Shown here: piece after piece, positions 30,867 to 41,206 of the stretch
How the letters are laid out: each line of letters starts with the position of its first letter
Numbering within the stretch: position 1 is the stretch's first letter
From: Spirochaetota bacterium
GTDB taxonomy: Bacteria > Spirochaetota > UBA4802 > UBA5550
Assembly: GCA_963663865.1 (NCBI GenBank)
Contig: OY760686.1
Coordinates: 1,408,001-1,472,000 of the forward strand
Length of the DNA: 64,000 nt
Reading direction: 5' to 3'
Position numbers and translations under genes: made by a program
Notes under the pieces: generated by a model
Told to the model about the DNA's origin: nothing
Databases searched by the model: none
Seen by the model: only the letters and a program-made list of their open reading frames with translations

Positions 30867-31799
30867 TTAAAGATTGAAGTCTGTGTAATCAGAACCTTCC
30901 CTGAAGTAGAGGGGATAGAGTTCAATTTCACCGGTTTCATAGCTATTATTTTCCAGGTATATTTTCAGCCAATCGTAATATCTTTCTGCTTCTTCCTGCA
31001 TGGCTTTGTGAGCTTCCATGTATTGCACAATTCCGTCTGAGTTTTGGTCATTGGAAATATCGGTTTTATATCTAAGAAATAGTTCAATTTCATTAAAGTT
31101 TCTGTCCACCCAGGTTTGTTTGTCTTTTACGGAAGAAGTTGCCAACAGTGAAAACTCTAATGGGGCTTCTGAAAGAAAAACTCCGCCCCAGCATGAACTG
31201 ATTAGAATTAAATTTTTCTTTGATGGAATATGTTTTAGTATTATTTTCAAGTCATGAGGACAAATGTAAGAGTAGAAGTCCGGGAGGCTAATTCCGATAG
31301 GATTGCCATGGCCGCTTATGTATAATACTAAGGTGCTTTCTTTGTTTGCCTTAGATGCGATAGTTTCTGCTGCAAATTTCAGATTCTCAATTGTGAAGTT
31401 GTTTGAATAATTGCCGTTGAAATGCTTTTTTTTTATTTCCTCCGAAGTCTCTGCCAGCTCTTTTTCTGACCAGTCAGGTTCTTGAAATTGATCGCTGTAT
31501 AAAATGAAAATGTTTTCATCGCTGAAACCGGATTTTTTTAGATGCCTGTATATCCGGAGAATGGATATCCATTCAGCATTAATATCGATTGGATCCAGCT
31601 GGGTTTCTTGATAAGAGGGGTTCATGGTAACAGCGGTGCACAGTATAGCATATTTATTTGATCGTAGCCGGGTTGCATCATCAGGGGGTTCTACAGACTC
31701 GATATTGCCGTTATCGTTACATGAAATGGCAAACTGCAGAGCCAGGCAGGAAACAGTTAAGATAAAAACAGCTGTTCTTTTCTTAATCAGCTGATACAT
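30867..31799 (-). CDS. Clan CD cysteine peptidase (C13/caspase-like), probable lipoprotein
   Basis: Lipobox-like AISC, LVLYISGHG catalytic His, ISSCWGG catalytic Cys. Confidence 0.75.
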   Translation of the reverse strand: MYQLIKKRTAVFILTVSCLALQFAISCNDNGNIESVEPPDDATRLRSNKYAILCTAVTMNPSYQETQLDPIDINAEWISILRIYRHLKKSGFSDENIFILYSDQFQEPDWSEKELAETSEEIKKKHFNGNYSNNFTIENLKFAAETIASKANKESTLVLYISGHGNPIGISLPDFYSYICPHDLKIILKHIPSKKNLILISSCWGGVFLSEAPLEFSLLATSSVKDKQTWVDRNFNEIELFLRYKTDISNDQNSDGIVQYMEAHKAMQEEAERYYDWLKIYLENNSYETGEIELYPLYFREGSDYTDFNL

Positions 31800-32052
31800 A
31801 GAGTTCCCGTGTATATTGTTTTTGATCAGTTGAGCACAGGAAAACGATACTCTTTCACCCTGTACAGCTATTACATATTTTTAAGTTGAACAATATATTA
31901 TGTCAATCTTTATATGTCTTTGATGAGCAGACCTGAGGGTTCTTTCAGGGTTATTTACCAGCTATTCTTTATAAGTATTTGACAAATGTCTTCTGAAAGG
32001 CAGATGTGAATCTGTGCCCGCACAGGAAAAAAAATTATTCTGGAGAAAGAGT

Positions 32053-32580
32053 ATGACTTCAAGAGCAGCCGGACTTAAACCCTGCAAAGTCGACGAGGTT
32101 GATGAGCAGATCCTTGATATACTGGCCTTTCAGGCGAAGACAACTCATCAGGATATTGCCAGGCAGCTTAAACTCGACGAGTCAGATGTTACAAAGCGGA
32201 TTGATCGTCTCGAAAAGGAAGGCGTGATAATCGGATACAGAGCTCATATAAACTGGCAGCGTGTAAGGCAGAATCATGTCAGCGCCCTGATAGAGGTAAA
32301 GGTGAGCCCTGAACGCAACGTTGGATTTGATGCGGTCGCTGAAGCAATCTACAAGTTTCCGGAGGTATCTTCCCTCTCTCTTCTTTCCGGGGGATATGAC
32401 CTTCTGGTGCAGATTGAGGGTGACAATCTCAGAGAGGTCGCTCTGTTTGTTGCAGAGAAGCTGGCTCCCATAAGCGGTGTTCAGTCAACGGTTTCACACT
32501 TTCTTTTGAAAACATACAAAGAAGACGGAGTAATGCTTGTGGAACCGGGCGGCAATAACAGGCTGCCAGTTGCGCCCTGA
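32053..32580 (+). CDS. Lrp/AsnC family transcriptional regulator
   Basis: HTH (IARQLKL...RIDRLEKEGVIIGY) and RAM domain (LLSGGYDLLV). Start uncertain (32014 or 32053). Confidence 0.9.
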   Translation: MTSRAAGLKPCKVDEVDEQILDILAFQAKTTHQDIARQLKLDESDVTKRIDRLEKEGVIIGYRAHINWQRVRQNHVSALIEVKVSPERNVGFDAVAEAIYKFPEVSSLSLLSGGYDLLVQIEGDNLREVALFVAEKLAPISGVQSTVSHFLLKTYKEDGVMLVEPGGNNRLPVAP

Positions 32581-32647
32581 CCTTTATTCGGGAAAAAGAC
32601 TGGACAATTCGGGCCTGTTTTTTATTTAAACACCAGAGGTTTAACAG

Positions 32648-35626
32648 ATGGAACAGGCACGTTACCGTATTGAGGTTTTTTACAAAGCGGCTGATTACAG
32701 AAGCCGTGTTATCGCTGAAAAGCTGAACAGACTCGGCTGCGGTGTTGAACAGGCATGGATGACGGACAATTACCTGCTGAATGCCGATATTACTGAAGAT
32801 GATGCCGAAAGGGCGGCCCTATCGCTTGCCCAGGCGGTAACGCAGTCATATAAATTAAACACACCATATAATCCGGGAGATTTCGACTATGCGGTTGAAA
32901 TCGGCTATCTGCCCGGAGTCACAGACAACGTATCCCACACAGTCAGGGAATCCATTGAAGATCTTCTAAAAACAGAACTCGATGTTGAGAAGTCGGTTTT
33001 TACAAGCGTGACGTACTTTTTTAAGCTGAAGGATAGGGCTTCCGTTAAGAAGATTGCTGAGGAGCTTCATAATCCGCTTATTCAGCGTTCCCGAATTATG
33101 ACCGCAGACGAGTACATATCTGAAGGCGGAATGGGGCGCCGCATACCGGTCGTTCACATTCACGAGAGGGCGTCTGCCGACATAGTTGATTTGAATATTT
33201 CCGAGGATGAGCTCGCTGTCATAGGGAAAGAGGGAATCGCCGATAGCGATGGTTCCCGCAGGGGGCCTCTGGCCCTCGACAGGCCTTCGCTCATCGCTAT
33301 AAAAGATTACTTTCTTGAAAAAGAGAAGCGGAATCCACGGGACATTGAGCTTGAGTCAATCGCTCAGACCTGGAGCGAACACTGCAAGCACACCATTTTC
33401 GCCGCCGAAATTGACGAGGTAAAGGACGGTATATTCAAGCGGTACATACGTGAGGCTACAGTGCGTATACGCCGCGAGAAGGGCGACAGGGACTTCTGCC
33501 TCTCGGTGTTCACCGACAACGCGGGCGGAATTGAGTTCGATGACGACTATATAGTCGCTGACAAGGTTGAAACCCACAACAGCCCGAGCGCTCTCGATCC
33601 TTTCGGCGGTTCGATTACCGGCATAGTGGGCGTAAACCGTGATGCCATCGGTTTCGGTATGGCTTCAAAGCCGATTGCGAACCGCTATGGCTTTTGTTTC
33701 GCGAACCCATTCGATGAGAAGCCTTTATACAGAGGAAAGACGCCTGACACCGCGCTCCTATCCCCCCGCAGAATAATGGAAGGAGTAATTCACGGAGTCA
33801 ACGCCGGAGGCAACACGTCGGGTATTCCGACTCCGCAGGGCTTTGTCTACTTTGACGACAGGTACAAGGGCAAGCCCCTCGTGTTCGTGGGAACAATAGG
33901 CCTCATTCCAAAAACAGTGAACGGCAAGTCCTCGGTAATGAAGCGCGCTCTGCCGGGTGACAATATTGTAATAATTGGCGGCAGGGTCGGCCGCGACGGA
34001 ATACACGGCGCGACTTTTTCATCTGAGGCGCTTGACTCGGGCAGCCCCGCCACCGCTGTTCAGATAGGCGATCCAATTACCCAGAAAAAGCTCTCCGATG
34101 CCGTTGTCAAAGAGGCGCGCGACATGGGGCTCTACAATTCTGTTACCGACAATGGCGCGGGCGGCATCTCCTGCTCCGTAGCTGAGATGGCGAAGGAGTC
34201 AGGCGGTTTCGAGGTTGACCTTGAGAAGGTGCCGCTGAAGTATCCCGGCCTGGCGCCCTGGCAGATATGGGTCAGCGAGTCTCAGGAGAGAATGACGCTG
34301 TCAGTGCCCGACGAAAGCCTTGATAAGTTTATTGCGCTGATGAAGTCCCGCGGTGTTGAGTCGTCCGTGATTGGAAAGTTCAACGCGGGAACGAGAGGCA
34401 TAGTCAGATACAATGGCGAGGTTATATTCGATCTCGATATGACTTTCCTACACGACGGCCTTCCTAAGAAGGTGCTTAAAACAACGCTTAATCTGCCTGA
34501 ACAGCATCCATCCAGCCTGCCTGAACCGGAAAGTCTGAAATCCGCATTTACGGCGATGATATCGAGGCTCAACACTGCTTCTTTTGAATTCATTTCGCAT
34601 CAGTATGACCATGAGGTACAGGCCAACAGCATGATTAAGCCGTTGCAGGGTAAGGGCAGAGTCAACGGCAACGCGAGCGTTATCGCGCCTGTGCCGGGTT
34701 CAAAAAGAGCCGTTGTAATGTCGCAGGCCCTATATCCCTCTTACAGTGAAATCGATCCTTATAAGATGGCGGCCTGTTCGATTGATACCGCAGTCAGAAA
34801 TGCGGTGTCTGTCGGAGGCAGCGTTGATTACATGGCGCTGCTTGACAACTTCTGCTGGTGCGATTCGAACAATCCGGAGAGGCTGGGACAGTTGAAAGAG
34901 GCGGCACGTGCCTGTTACGAATACGCTGTCGCATACGGCGCTCCTTTCGTCTCGGGAAAGGACAGCATGTTTAACGACTTTAAAGGCTACGATGAGTGTT
35001 TTAATCCGGTCAATTTATCAGTGCCGCCGACGCTGCTGATATCTTCAATAGGCGTTATCACCGACAGCTCGGTGTGCCAGACGCTCGACTTCAAGGCAGC
35101 AGGCGATATAATCTACGTAATCGGTTCTACCGGCGATGAGACCGGCGGAAGCGAGTATGAGTTGTACCTGAAGGGGTGCTGCATCTCTGCGGACGGCGGG
35201 GCCGGTACTGTTCCAGCCGTCTGCGCTGCTTCAAATATCAGAACATACAGGCTCTATGAAGAGGCGATGAAAAGGGGCCTGATAGCCTCGGGAATTAGCG
35301 TCGAAAGAGGCGGGATAGGCGTGGCTCTCGCGAAGTCGGCCATCGGCGGCATGATGGGCTGCAATGTTGATATCTCGGCAATCCCTTCTGAAAATGTTGA
35401 TCGGCCCGATATTCTGCTTTTCAGCGAGACTCAGGGGAGGTTTATCGTTTCGGTATCTCCGGAGTCAACGGACGAGTTTGAAAAGATCATGGGGAATACA
35501 GCCTCAAGGGTCGGCAGTACCACTTCAGACGGAACGCTGACTTTAAGCAGGGACAAAGAGGAGCTTGTCAGCCTGAAGGTTGACGATTTGAATACCGCTT
35601 ACCGCGGTGTGTTCGCCGGGTTTTAA
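32648..35626 (+). CDS. purL: Phosphoribosylformylglycinamidine synthase synthetase subunit with N-terminal PurS-like region
   Basis: QTWSEHCKH, VETHNSPS, DNGAGG, SESQERM, QYDHEVQ, SGKDSM. Confidence 0.95.
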   Translation: MEQARYRIEVFYKAADYRSRVIAEKLNRLGCGVEQAWMTDNYLLNADITEDDAERAALSLAQAVTQSYKLNTPYNPGDFDYAVEIGYLPGVTDNVSHTVRESIEDLLKTELDVEKSVFTSVTYFFKLKDRASVKKIAEELHNPLIQRSRIMTADEYISEGGMGRRIPVVHIHERASADIVDLNISEDELAVIGKEGIADSDGSRRGPLALDRPSLIAIKDYFLEKEKRNPRDIELESIAQTWSEHCKHTIFAAEIDEVKDGIFKRYIREATVRIRREKGDRDFCLSVFTDNAGGIEFDDDYIVADKVETHNSPSALDPFGGSITGIVGVNRDAIGFGMASKPIANRYGFCFANPFDEKPLYRGKTPDTALLSPRRIMEGVIHGVNAGGNTSGIPTPQGFVYFDDRYKGKPLVFVGTIGLIPKTVNGKSSVMKRALPGDNIVIIGGRVGRDGIHGATFSSEALDSGSPATAVQIGDPITQKKLSDAVVKEARDMGLYNSVTDNGAGGISCSVAEMAKESGGFEVDLEKVPLKYPGLAPWQIWVSESQERMTLSVPDESLDKFIALMKSRGVESSVIGKFNAGTRGIVRYNGEVIFDLDMTFLHDGLPKKVLKTTLNLPEQHPSSLPEPESLKSAFTAMISRLNTASFEFISHQYDHEVQANSMIKPLQGKGRVNGNASVIAPVPGSKRAVVMSQALYPSYSEIDPYKMAACSIDTAVRNAVSVGGSVDYMALLDNFCWCDSNNPERLGQLKEAARACYEYAVAYGAPFVSGKDSMFNDFKGYDECFNPVNLSVPPTLLISSIGVITDSSVCQTLDFKAAGDIIYVIGSTGDETGGSEYELYLKGCCISADGGAGTVPAVCAASNIRTYRLYEEAMKRGLIASGISVERGGIGVALAKSAIGGMMGCNVDISAIPSENVDRPDILLFSETQGRFIVSVSPESTDEFEKIMGNTASRVGSTTSDGTLTLSRDKEELVSLKVDDLNTAYRGVFAGF

Positions 35627-35653
35627 CGGCGGCAGCAAAATAGAAGACAGGAA

Positions 35654-36466
35654 GTGAATATGAAACCAGGGGCTTTAATCCTGACAGGCTACGGAATAAA
35701 CTGCGATGAGGAAACACGTTACGCTTTTGAGCGATCAGGAGCGAGAGCCGATATCGTTCATGTTAACGACCTTATTGCCTCTCCGGGGATGCTTGCTGAT
35801 TATAATATTTTCGTTTTTCCGGGCGGTTTTTCGTACGGAGATGATACTGGAAGCGGCAAGGCGCTTTCAAACCGAATCAGGAACAACCTTTCCGAGGAAC
35901 TCGGCAGCTTTATCGAGAGGGACACTCTGGTGCTTGGTATCTGCAACGGATTTCAGGTCATGGTGAACCTCGGCCTTGTGCCGGCGATTGGTGAGCCGTT
36001 CGGAACAGTTGAGGCGTCGCTTGAGCACAATAAATCCTTCAGATATCAGTGCCGATGGGTTGACCTGAAGGTGGATGCGGACTCTCCCTGTGTTTTTACC
36101 CGCGGCGTGGAGTATATGCATGTTCCTGTCGCTCATGGCGAGGGAAACTTTTACGCTCCTGAAAGCGTCATTGATGTTATCGAAAAAGAGCACCTGTCTG
36201 TTATGAAGTACGTTAACCCGGATGGTTCGCCCGCCTCAGGTTCTTTCCCGGCCAACCCTAACGGTTCACTGAACGATATTGCCGCGCTCTGCAGCCGCTC
36301 GGGCCGTGTAATGGGGATGATGCCGCATCCTGAAAGGGGAATGCTGTTTACCCAGAGAGACGACTGGACCCTTAAGAGGGAAGAGCTTCGCAGAAAGGGA
36401 CAGCCTGTGCCGGAGGAGAGCGACGGCATGATAATCTTTAAAAATGCCGTTTCGTACTTTGAATAG
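35654..36466 (+). CDS. purQ: FGAM synthase glutaminase subunit
   Basis: PGGFSYGD, GICNGFQ, AHGEG, NPNGS, MMPHPER. Confidence 0.96.
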   Translation: MNMKPGALILTGYGINCDEETRYAFERSGARADIVHVNDLIASPGMLADYNIFVFPGGFSYGDDTGSGKALSNRIRNNLSEELGSFIERDTLVLGICNGFQVMVNLGLVPAIGEPFGTVEASLEHNKSFRYQCRWVDLKVDADSPCVFTRGVEYMHVPVAHGEGNFYAPESVIDVIEKEHLSVMKYVNPDGSPASGSFPANPNGSLNDIAALCSRSGRVMGMMPHPERGMLFTQRDDWTLKREELRRKGQPVPEESDGMIIFKNAVSYFE

Positions 36467-36507
36467 AATGCAGGACAGGGAAACGGCCCATAAGCCGGGT
36501 CTGTCTG

Positions 36508-37548
36508 TTGGAGAATAATATGTCATTTATCTATAAAAAGCCGCTTCCCACACCGGAGGAGATAGCTGATAAGTATCCAATGCCGGCGCATCTTCTTAAG
36601 GTTAAGGAGGCCAGGGACAGGGAAATCAGCCGTGTTTTTACGGGCGAAGACAGCAGGCTCGTTGTCATAATCGGCCCGTGTTCGGCGCACGATATAGACT
36701 CAGTCTGCGACTATGCGGGAAGGCTCTCAGCGCTTCAGGAGAAGGTGGCTGAAAAGCTTATTCTGATTCCTCGAATCTACACAAACAAGCCCCGTACTAC
36801 CGGCGAAGGCTACAAGGGGATGTTTCATCAGCCCGACCATCTGAAAGAGACAGATATCGTAAAAGGAATAGAGATGATAAGATACCTTCATTTGAAGTCT
36901 CTTTCCGAGTCACATCTGACTGCCGCGGACGAGATGCTTTACCCTAACAACTATCCCTATCTTGAGGACCTGCTTTCGTATGTCGCCATCGGGGCCCGTT
37001 CCGTGGAAAATCAGCAGCACAGGCTGACCGTAAGCGGGCTTGACATACCTGTAGGCATGAAAAATCCTACTGCCGGTGATATCAGGGTGATGCTTGATTC
37101 CATTTTCGCGGCACAGGTCAGCCATACCTTCGTTTACAGAAGGCATGAGGTTGAGACTTCCGGGAACCCGCTTGCTCATGGAGTGCTCAGGGGCGCTGTA
37201 GACAGAAACGGAAGGAATATCCCAAATTACCACTTTGAAGATCTTCTGCGAGTGGCCAGGATGTATGACGACAGGGGACTAAAAAATCCCGCGCTTATTG
37301 TTGACGCGAACCATGCCAACTCCTCAAAGCTGTTCAAAGAGCAGATACGGATATCAAAAGAAGTCATGTCGAGCAGAACCTACTCGAAGGCTGTACGTGA
37401 TGCCGTTAAAGGTCTAATGATTGAGAGCTATCTCGAGGAAGGTTATCAGGACCCCAATGGTGACAGATACGGATGCTCCATAACCGATCCATGTCTGGGC
37501 TGGGAGGATTCTGAGAGACTTATCCAGGACATAGCCGATATGGTATAG
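36508..37548 (+). CDS. aroF: DAHP synthase (class I-alpha)
   Basis: IGPCSAH, KPRTTGEGYKG, IGARS, GMKN, DANHANS, SITDPCLGW. Confidence 0.93.
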   Translation: MENNMSFIYKKPLPTPEEIADKYPMPAHLLKVKEARDREISRVFTGEDSRLVVIIGPCSAHDIDSVCDYAGRLSALQEKVAEKLILIPRIYTNKPRTTGEGYKGMFHQPDHLKETDIVKGIEMIRYLHLKSLSESHLTAADEMLYPNNYPYLEDLLSYVAIGARSVENQQHRLTVSGLDIPVGMKNPTAGDIRVMLDSIFAAQVSHTFVYRRHEVETSGNPLAHGVLRGAVDRNGRNIPNYHFEDLLRVARMYDDRGLKNPALIVDANHANSSKLFKEQIRISKEVMSSRTYSKAVRDAVKGLMIESYLEEGYQDPNGDRYGCSITDPCLGWEDSERLIQDIADMV

Positions 37549-37554
37549 CCTGGG

Positions 37555-38292
37555 ATGAGCGTCTTGCCAGAAACACCGATTGAGGCTGCGGGAGGGCCCG
37601 GAGACATAGTAGTTGTTCGTGTCAATATCCCCCTCCTCATAAAAAATGCACTTCCGAATCTGGATCTCACTTCCGCTGCAACTCGCGGACCTGAAGAGTT
37701 TGAAGTTTCTGATTTTTGTTCAAATATTTTAACTCCCGAAGAGATTGTATCTCTCAATAATTTCAAGACATTAAAAAAACAGATTGAGTGGATTTCCGGA
37801 AGGGCCGCTGCGAAAGCGGCTCTTGCTGCCTTTAACGGAGCAGCCGGTTCCGGCGCAGCAGTCGCATACCGAGAGGGGGGGGCTCCATTCTTCCCGGGCT
37901 ATAGTAATCTTTCGCTTTCCATTACCCACTCCGGAGAGCTGGCCGCGGCAGCAGTATCATCTGATTACATGCTGGGCATTGACGCGGAGAGAATTGAGCC
38001 GCGGGATATTGGCGCAGTTATGAGAGTAGCCTTTTCAGCTGAAGAAAGGAAGATTCACAGAGATTCCGGACTTGAAGAGGTCCTGACATCATTTTGTATC
38101 AAGGAGGCATGGCTGAAGTATCTGGGCAGGGGCTTTGCCGAGAGCCCCGCTGGAGTTGAGTATCTCGACGGTGGAATTTTCTATCGCGGAAAGCGGCAAT
38201 CTGAAATCCAGCTTCAAATTGAATCTGATCAGGCAGACTATATTTTCGCGCTTATTTACGGCCCTGGTTTCGGCTGTGTTACTATTATGTAA
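37555..38292 (+). CDS. Sfp-type 4'-phosphopantetheinyl transferase
   Basis: EWISGRAAAK, GAP, SITHSG, GIDAE, FCIKEAWLKYLGRG. Confidence 0.88.
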   Translation: MSVLPETPIEAAGGPGDIVVVRVNIPLLIKNALPNLDLTSAATRGPEEFEVSDFCSNILTPEEIVSLNNFKTLKKQIEWISGRAAAKAALAAFNGAAGSGAAVAYREGGAPFFPGYSNLSLSITHSGELAAAAVSSDYMLGIDAERIEPRDIGAVMRVAFSAEERKIHRDSGLEEVLTSFCIKEAWLKYLGRGFAESPAGVEYLDGGIFYRGKRQSEIQLQIESDQADYIFALIYGPGFGCVTIM

Positions 38293-38402
38293 ACTCCATG
38301 TCTCTGGTTAAAAAATAACTTGAACAGTCTCTTTTTTTAATGTAAAATGAGCTTCTTCTCTTAATATACCCCTTTCGGGGTTTTGCAGGGCATGGAGGCG
38401 CG

Positions 38403-40544
38403 ATGGATACAGTATTACTCCGCGGTCTGATTAACAGCGGAGCACTTCTTATGGCGCTCGTTTTTATATACACGCTGATCAGGCCCGATCCATCGGGGCC
38501 GCTCTACAAGCGCAAGCAGGTATTGGCCGGACTGCTGGTCGGATTTATTTGTATAGCTGTGATGCTTAATGCAGTAGTCACCTCTGACGGAATATTCTTT
38601 GACACGCGTTCAATACTGTTGAGTCTCGCGGCCCTGTACTTCGGCCCGCTGGCCGCTGTTATTGCCGGCCTCATAGGGGCCGGTTTCAGGTTTTTACAGG
38701 GCGGATCAGGGACGGCAATGGGAATTGCTGTGATTTTCGTGTCTGTTTTAACCGGCCTTCTGTGGAGAATGTTCAGAAGCAGGAGGCCGGCTGATTACTC
38801 CTTGCTGGAACTCCTCCTCTTCGGGATAACAGTTCATATCGGAATGCTGCTCTGCACTCCACTGCTTCCTGAAATGGAGTTTGCTGGAACTCTCTCCAGA
38901 ATAGCTCTGCCTATCCTGCTGATTTACCCTCCTGTTACGGTGTTTCTGTCAAAAATACTGACGTTTGAAAATTCACGCATAGAAAAGAGCAGGCTTGCCG
39001 AGGCTCTTGCCGAAAGTGAGGAAAAGTACAGGACTATTGTAGAAACTGCAGATGAAGGGATATGGATGATTGACGCGGATAATCTAATGGTGTTTGTTAA
39101 CGGCAAAATGGGAGATATTCTGGGCTGCAGAGCTGAAGAGATGCTTGGTCAAAGCCTGTTTTCCTATATGGATGAGGTTTCAAAGCTTGAGGCGATAGGA
39201 AATCTTGAAAGGGGCCGTTCCGGCAAAAGAGAAACCCTGACCTTCCGTTTCTCTCACTCAAGCGGAAGGGATGTCTGGACCCGCTTATCTTCAACCCCGC
39301 TTTTCGATAAGTCCGGGCGATACAGGGGGGCTCTGGCGATGGTGACCGACATTACCGGGGAAATCAATACCCGTAAGGAGAAGGAGGATGTTGAGCTTCA
39401 GTTGAGAAGGTCGCAGAAGCTTGAAGCAATCGGGACCCTTGCGGGGGGCATAGCTCACGACTTTAACAATCTCCTCTCGGTGATCATCGGTTTTAGCGAG
39501 CTTGCACTCAAAGCGATCCCCGAAGGTTCACCTGCCAGAGATAAGCTGAGCAATGTGCTCATTGCATCCGATAGGGCCAGGGATCTGGTGAGACAGATTC
39601 TCGCATTCAGCGGCTCTGAGGAGAAGGGCAGCCGTGTTATAAGCCTTTCATCTGTTTGTCTGGAGTCTATTGAGCTTTTAAAGGCGATATTGCCTTCATC
39701 TGTCATACTTGAAGAATCAGTCAGTGATGGTATATTCGTGAACGCTGATCCAGTGCAGATGCAGCAGGTTATTATGAATCTGGCGATGAACGCCAATCAT
39801 GCAATGAGAGACAGGGGAGGCAAGCTGCTCATAAGCCTTTCTCTGATGAGAGGAAACGGTGAGGAAGAGCCGGGGTTTAAAGCCGAGGCGGGAGAAGAGG
39901 GATGGGCGTGTCTGGCGGTAAAGGACAGCGGGACAGGTATGACTAAGGAGCTGATGGAACGCATTTTTGACCCTTTTTTTACAACGAGACCAAGGACCGA
40001 GGGAAGCGGACTTGGACTTTCAGTCGTTCATGGTATTGTAAATAAATTCGGGGGAGAGATAAAGGTCGAGAGCAGCAAGGGAAACGGATCGCTTTTCAAA
40101 ATAATCCTGCCGGCATTTAAGGCTCCCCCATTAAGTGAAAAATCTGAATGCGGCGGGGTGCATACCGGGCTGGAGAAGATTCTGTTCGTTGATGATGAGC
40201 CGCTTCTGCTTCTCATGGGAACTGAGCTTTTGCAGGACATGGGTTACGATGTTACCTCATTCGAGAACAGCGTAAGGGCGCTTGAGGCCTTCAGCAGTTC
40301 ACCTGAATCATTTGACCTCGTTATTACTGATATGACCATGCCGGTAATGGGCGGAGAGGAGCTTGCCAGCAGATTACTTAAGATCAGGCCCGATATACCG
40401 GTGATTCTATGTACCGGGTACAGCGCCGGTTTGACGAGAGATCGGGCTTTTTCAATTGGCATAAGGGAGGTGCTTGAAAAGCCGGTTTCAGGCGCGGGCC
40501 TTTCGGAAGCAATAAAGAGGGTAATGGGGAGCAGCAGTGAATAG
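38403..40544 (+). CDS. Hybrid sensor histidine kinase (5TM-LYT, PAS, HisKA, HATPase, REC)
   Basis: FFDTRS membrane domain, PAS, GGIAHDFNN, GSGLGL, VDDE...DMTMP...KP. Confidence 0.94.
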   Translation: MDTVLLRGLINSGALLMALVFIYTLIRPDPSGPLYKRKQVLAGLLVGFICIAVMLNAVVTSDGIFFDTRSILLSLAALYFGPLAAVIAGLIGAGFRFLQGGSGTAMGIAVIFVSVLTGLLWRMFRSRRPADYSLLELLLFGITVHIGMLLCTPLLPEMEFAGTLSRIALPILLIYPPVTVFLSKILTFENSRIEKSRLAEALAESEEKYRTIVETADEGIWMIDADNLMVFVNGKMGDILGCRAEEMLGQSLFSYMDEVSKLEAIGNLERGRSGKRETLTFRFSHSSGRDVWTRLSSTPLFDKSGRYRGALAMVTDITGEINTRKEKEDVELQLRRSQKLEAIGTLAGGIAHDFNNLLSVIIGFSELALKAIPEGSPARDKLSNVLIASDRARDLVRQILAFSGSEEKGSRVISLSSVCLESIELLKAILPSSVILEESVSDGIFVNADPVQMQQVIMNLAMNANHAMRDRGGKLLISLSLMRGNGEEEPGFKAEAGEEGWACLAVKDSGTGMTKELMERIFDPFFTTRPRTEGSGLGLSVVHGIVNKFGGEIKVESSKGNGSLFKIILPAFKAPPLSEKSECGGVHTGLEKILFVDDEPLLLLMGTELLQDMGYDVTSFENSVRALEAFSSSPESFDLVITDMTMPVMGGEELASRLLKIRPDIPVILCTGYSAGLTRDRAFSIGIREVLEKPVSGAGLSEAIKRVMGSSSE

Positions 40545-40567
40545 ACGATTTTTATCAGGAGTACGCT

Positions 40568-41206
40568 ATGGATTTAACTCAATGGAGCTACGAGGCGCTT
40601 GGCAAAAAAGCCTGCGAGGCGCTAAAAAAGAACGGATTTGATGCCCGTTTTGTTTCGACGCCTGCCGAGGCGTTTAGCATCATTATGGGGTTTGTGAATA
40701 AGGCCGGCAATGCCGCCTTCGGAGGTTCTCTGACTCTTAAGGAGCTGGGGATACGGGAAGCGGCTTCTGAAATTGGGGTTTCAATCATTGATCACAGCAG
40801 GCCAGGGCTTTCACCTGAAGAGAAGCTTGATGCAATGAGGCGTGAGCTTACATCTGATCTTTTCCTGACGGGAGCGAATGCGGTAACGCTTGACGGGCGT
40901 ATTATGAACGTGGACATGATCGGCAACCGTCTCGCGGCGATGCTTTTCGGACCAAAAAAGGTCGTGGCCGTCGCCGGCGCGAATAAGATTGTCAGAAACG
41001 AGGATGAGGCCCTGACAAGGATTGAGCTTGCCGCAGGCCCGATGAACAGCAAAAGGCTGGGACTGAACAACCCCTGCGCGGTTACAGGAGTGTGTTCGGA
41101 TTGCAACTCTGATACCAGGATATGCAGGGCCTATCAGGTTCTGAGGAAAAGGCCGCGCGAGACTGATTTTACGGTGATTATTGTCGGCACCGCGATGGGG
41201 CTTTAA
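40568..41206 (+). CDS. LUD-domain (lactate utilization-like) protein
   Basis: FGGSLTL, GANAVTLDG, GNRLAA, GANKIV, NPCAVTGVCSDC..RIC. Confidence 0.88.
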   Translation: MDLTQWSYEALGKKACEALKKNGFDARFVSTPAEAFSIIMGFVNKAGNAAFGGSLTLKELGIREAASEIGVSIIDHSRPGLSPEEKLDAMRRELTSDLFLTGANAVTLDGRIMNVDMIGNRLAAMLFGPKKVVAVAGANKIVRNEDEALTRIELAAGPMNSKRLGLNNPCAVTGVCSDCNSDTRICRAYQVLRKRPRETDFTVIIVGTAMGL

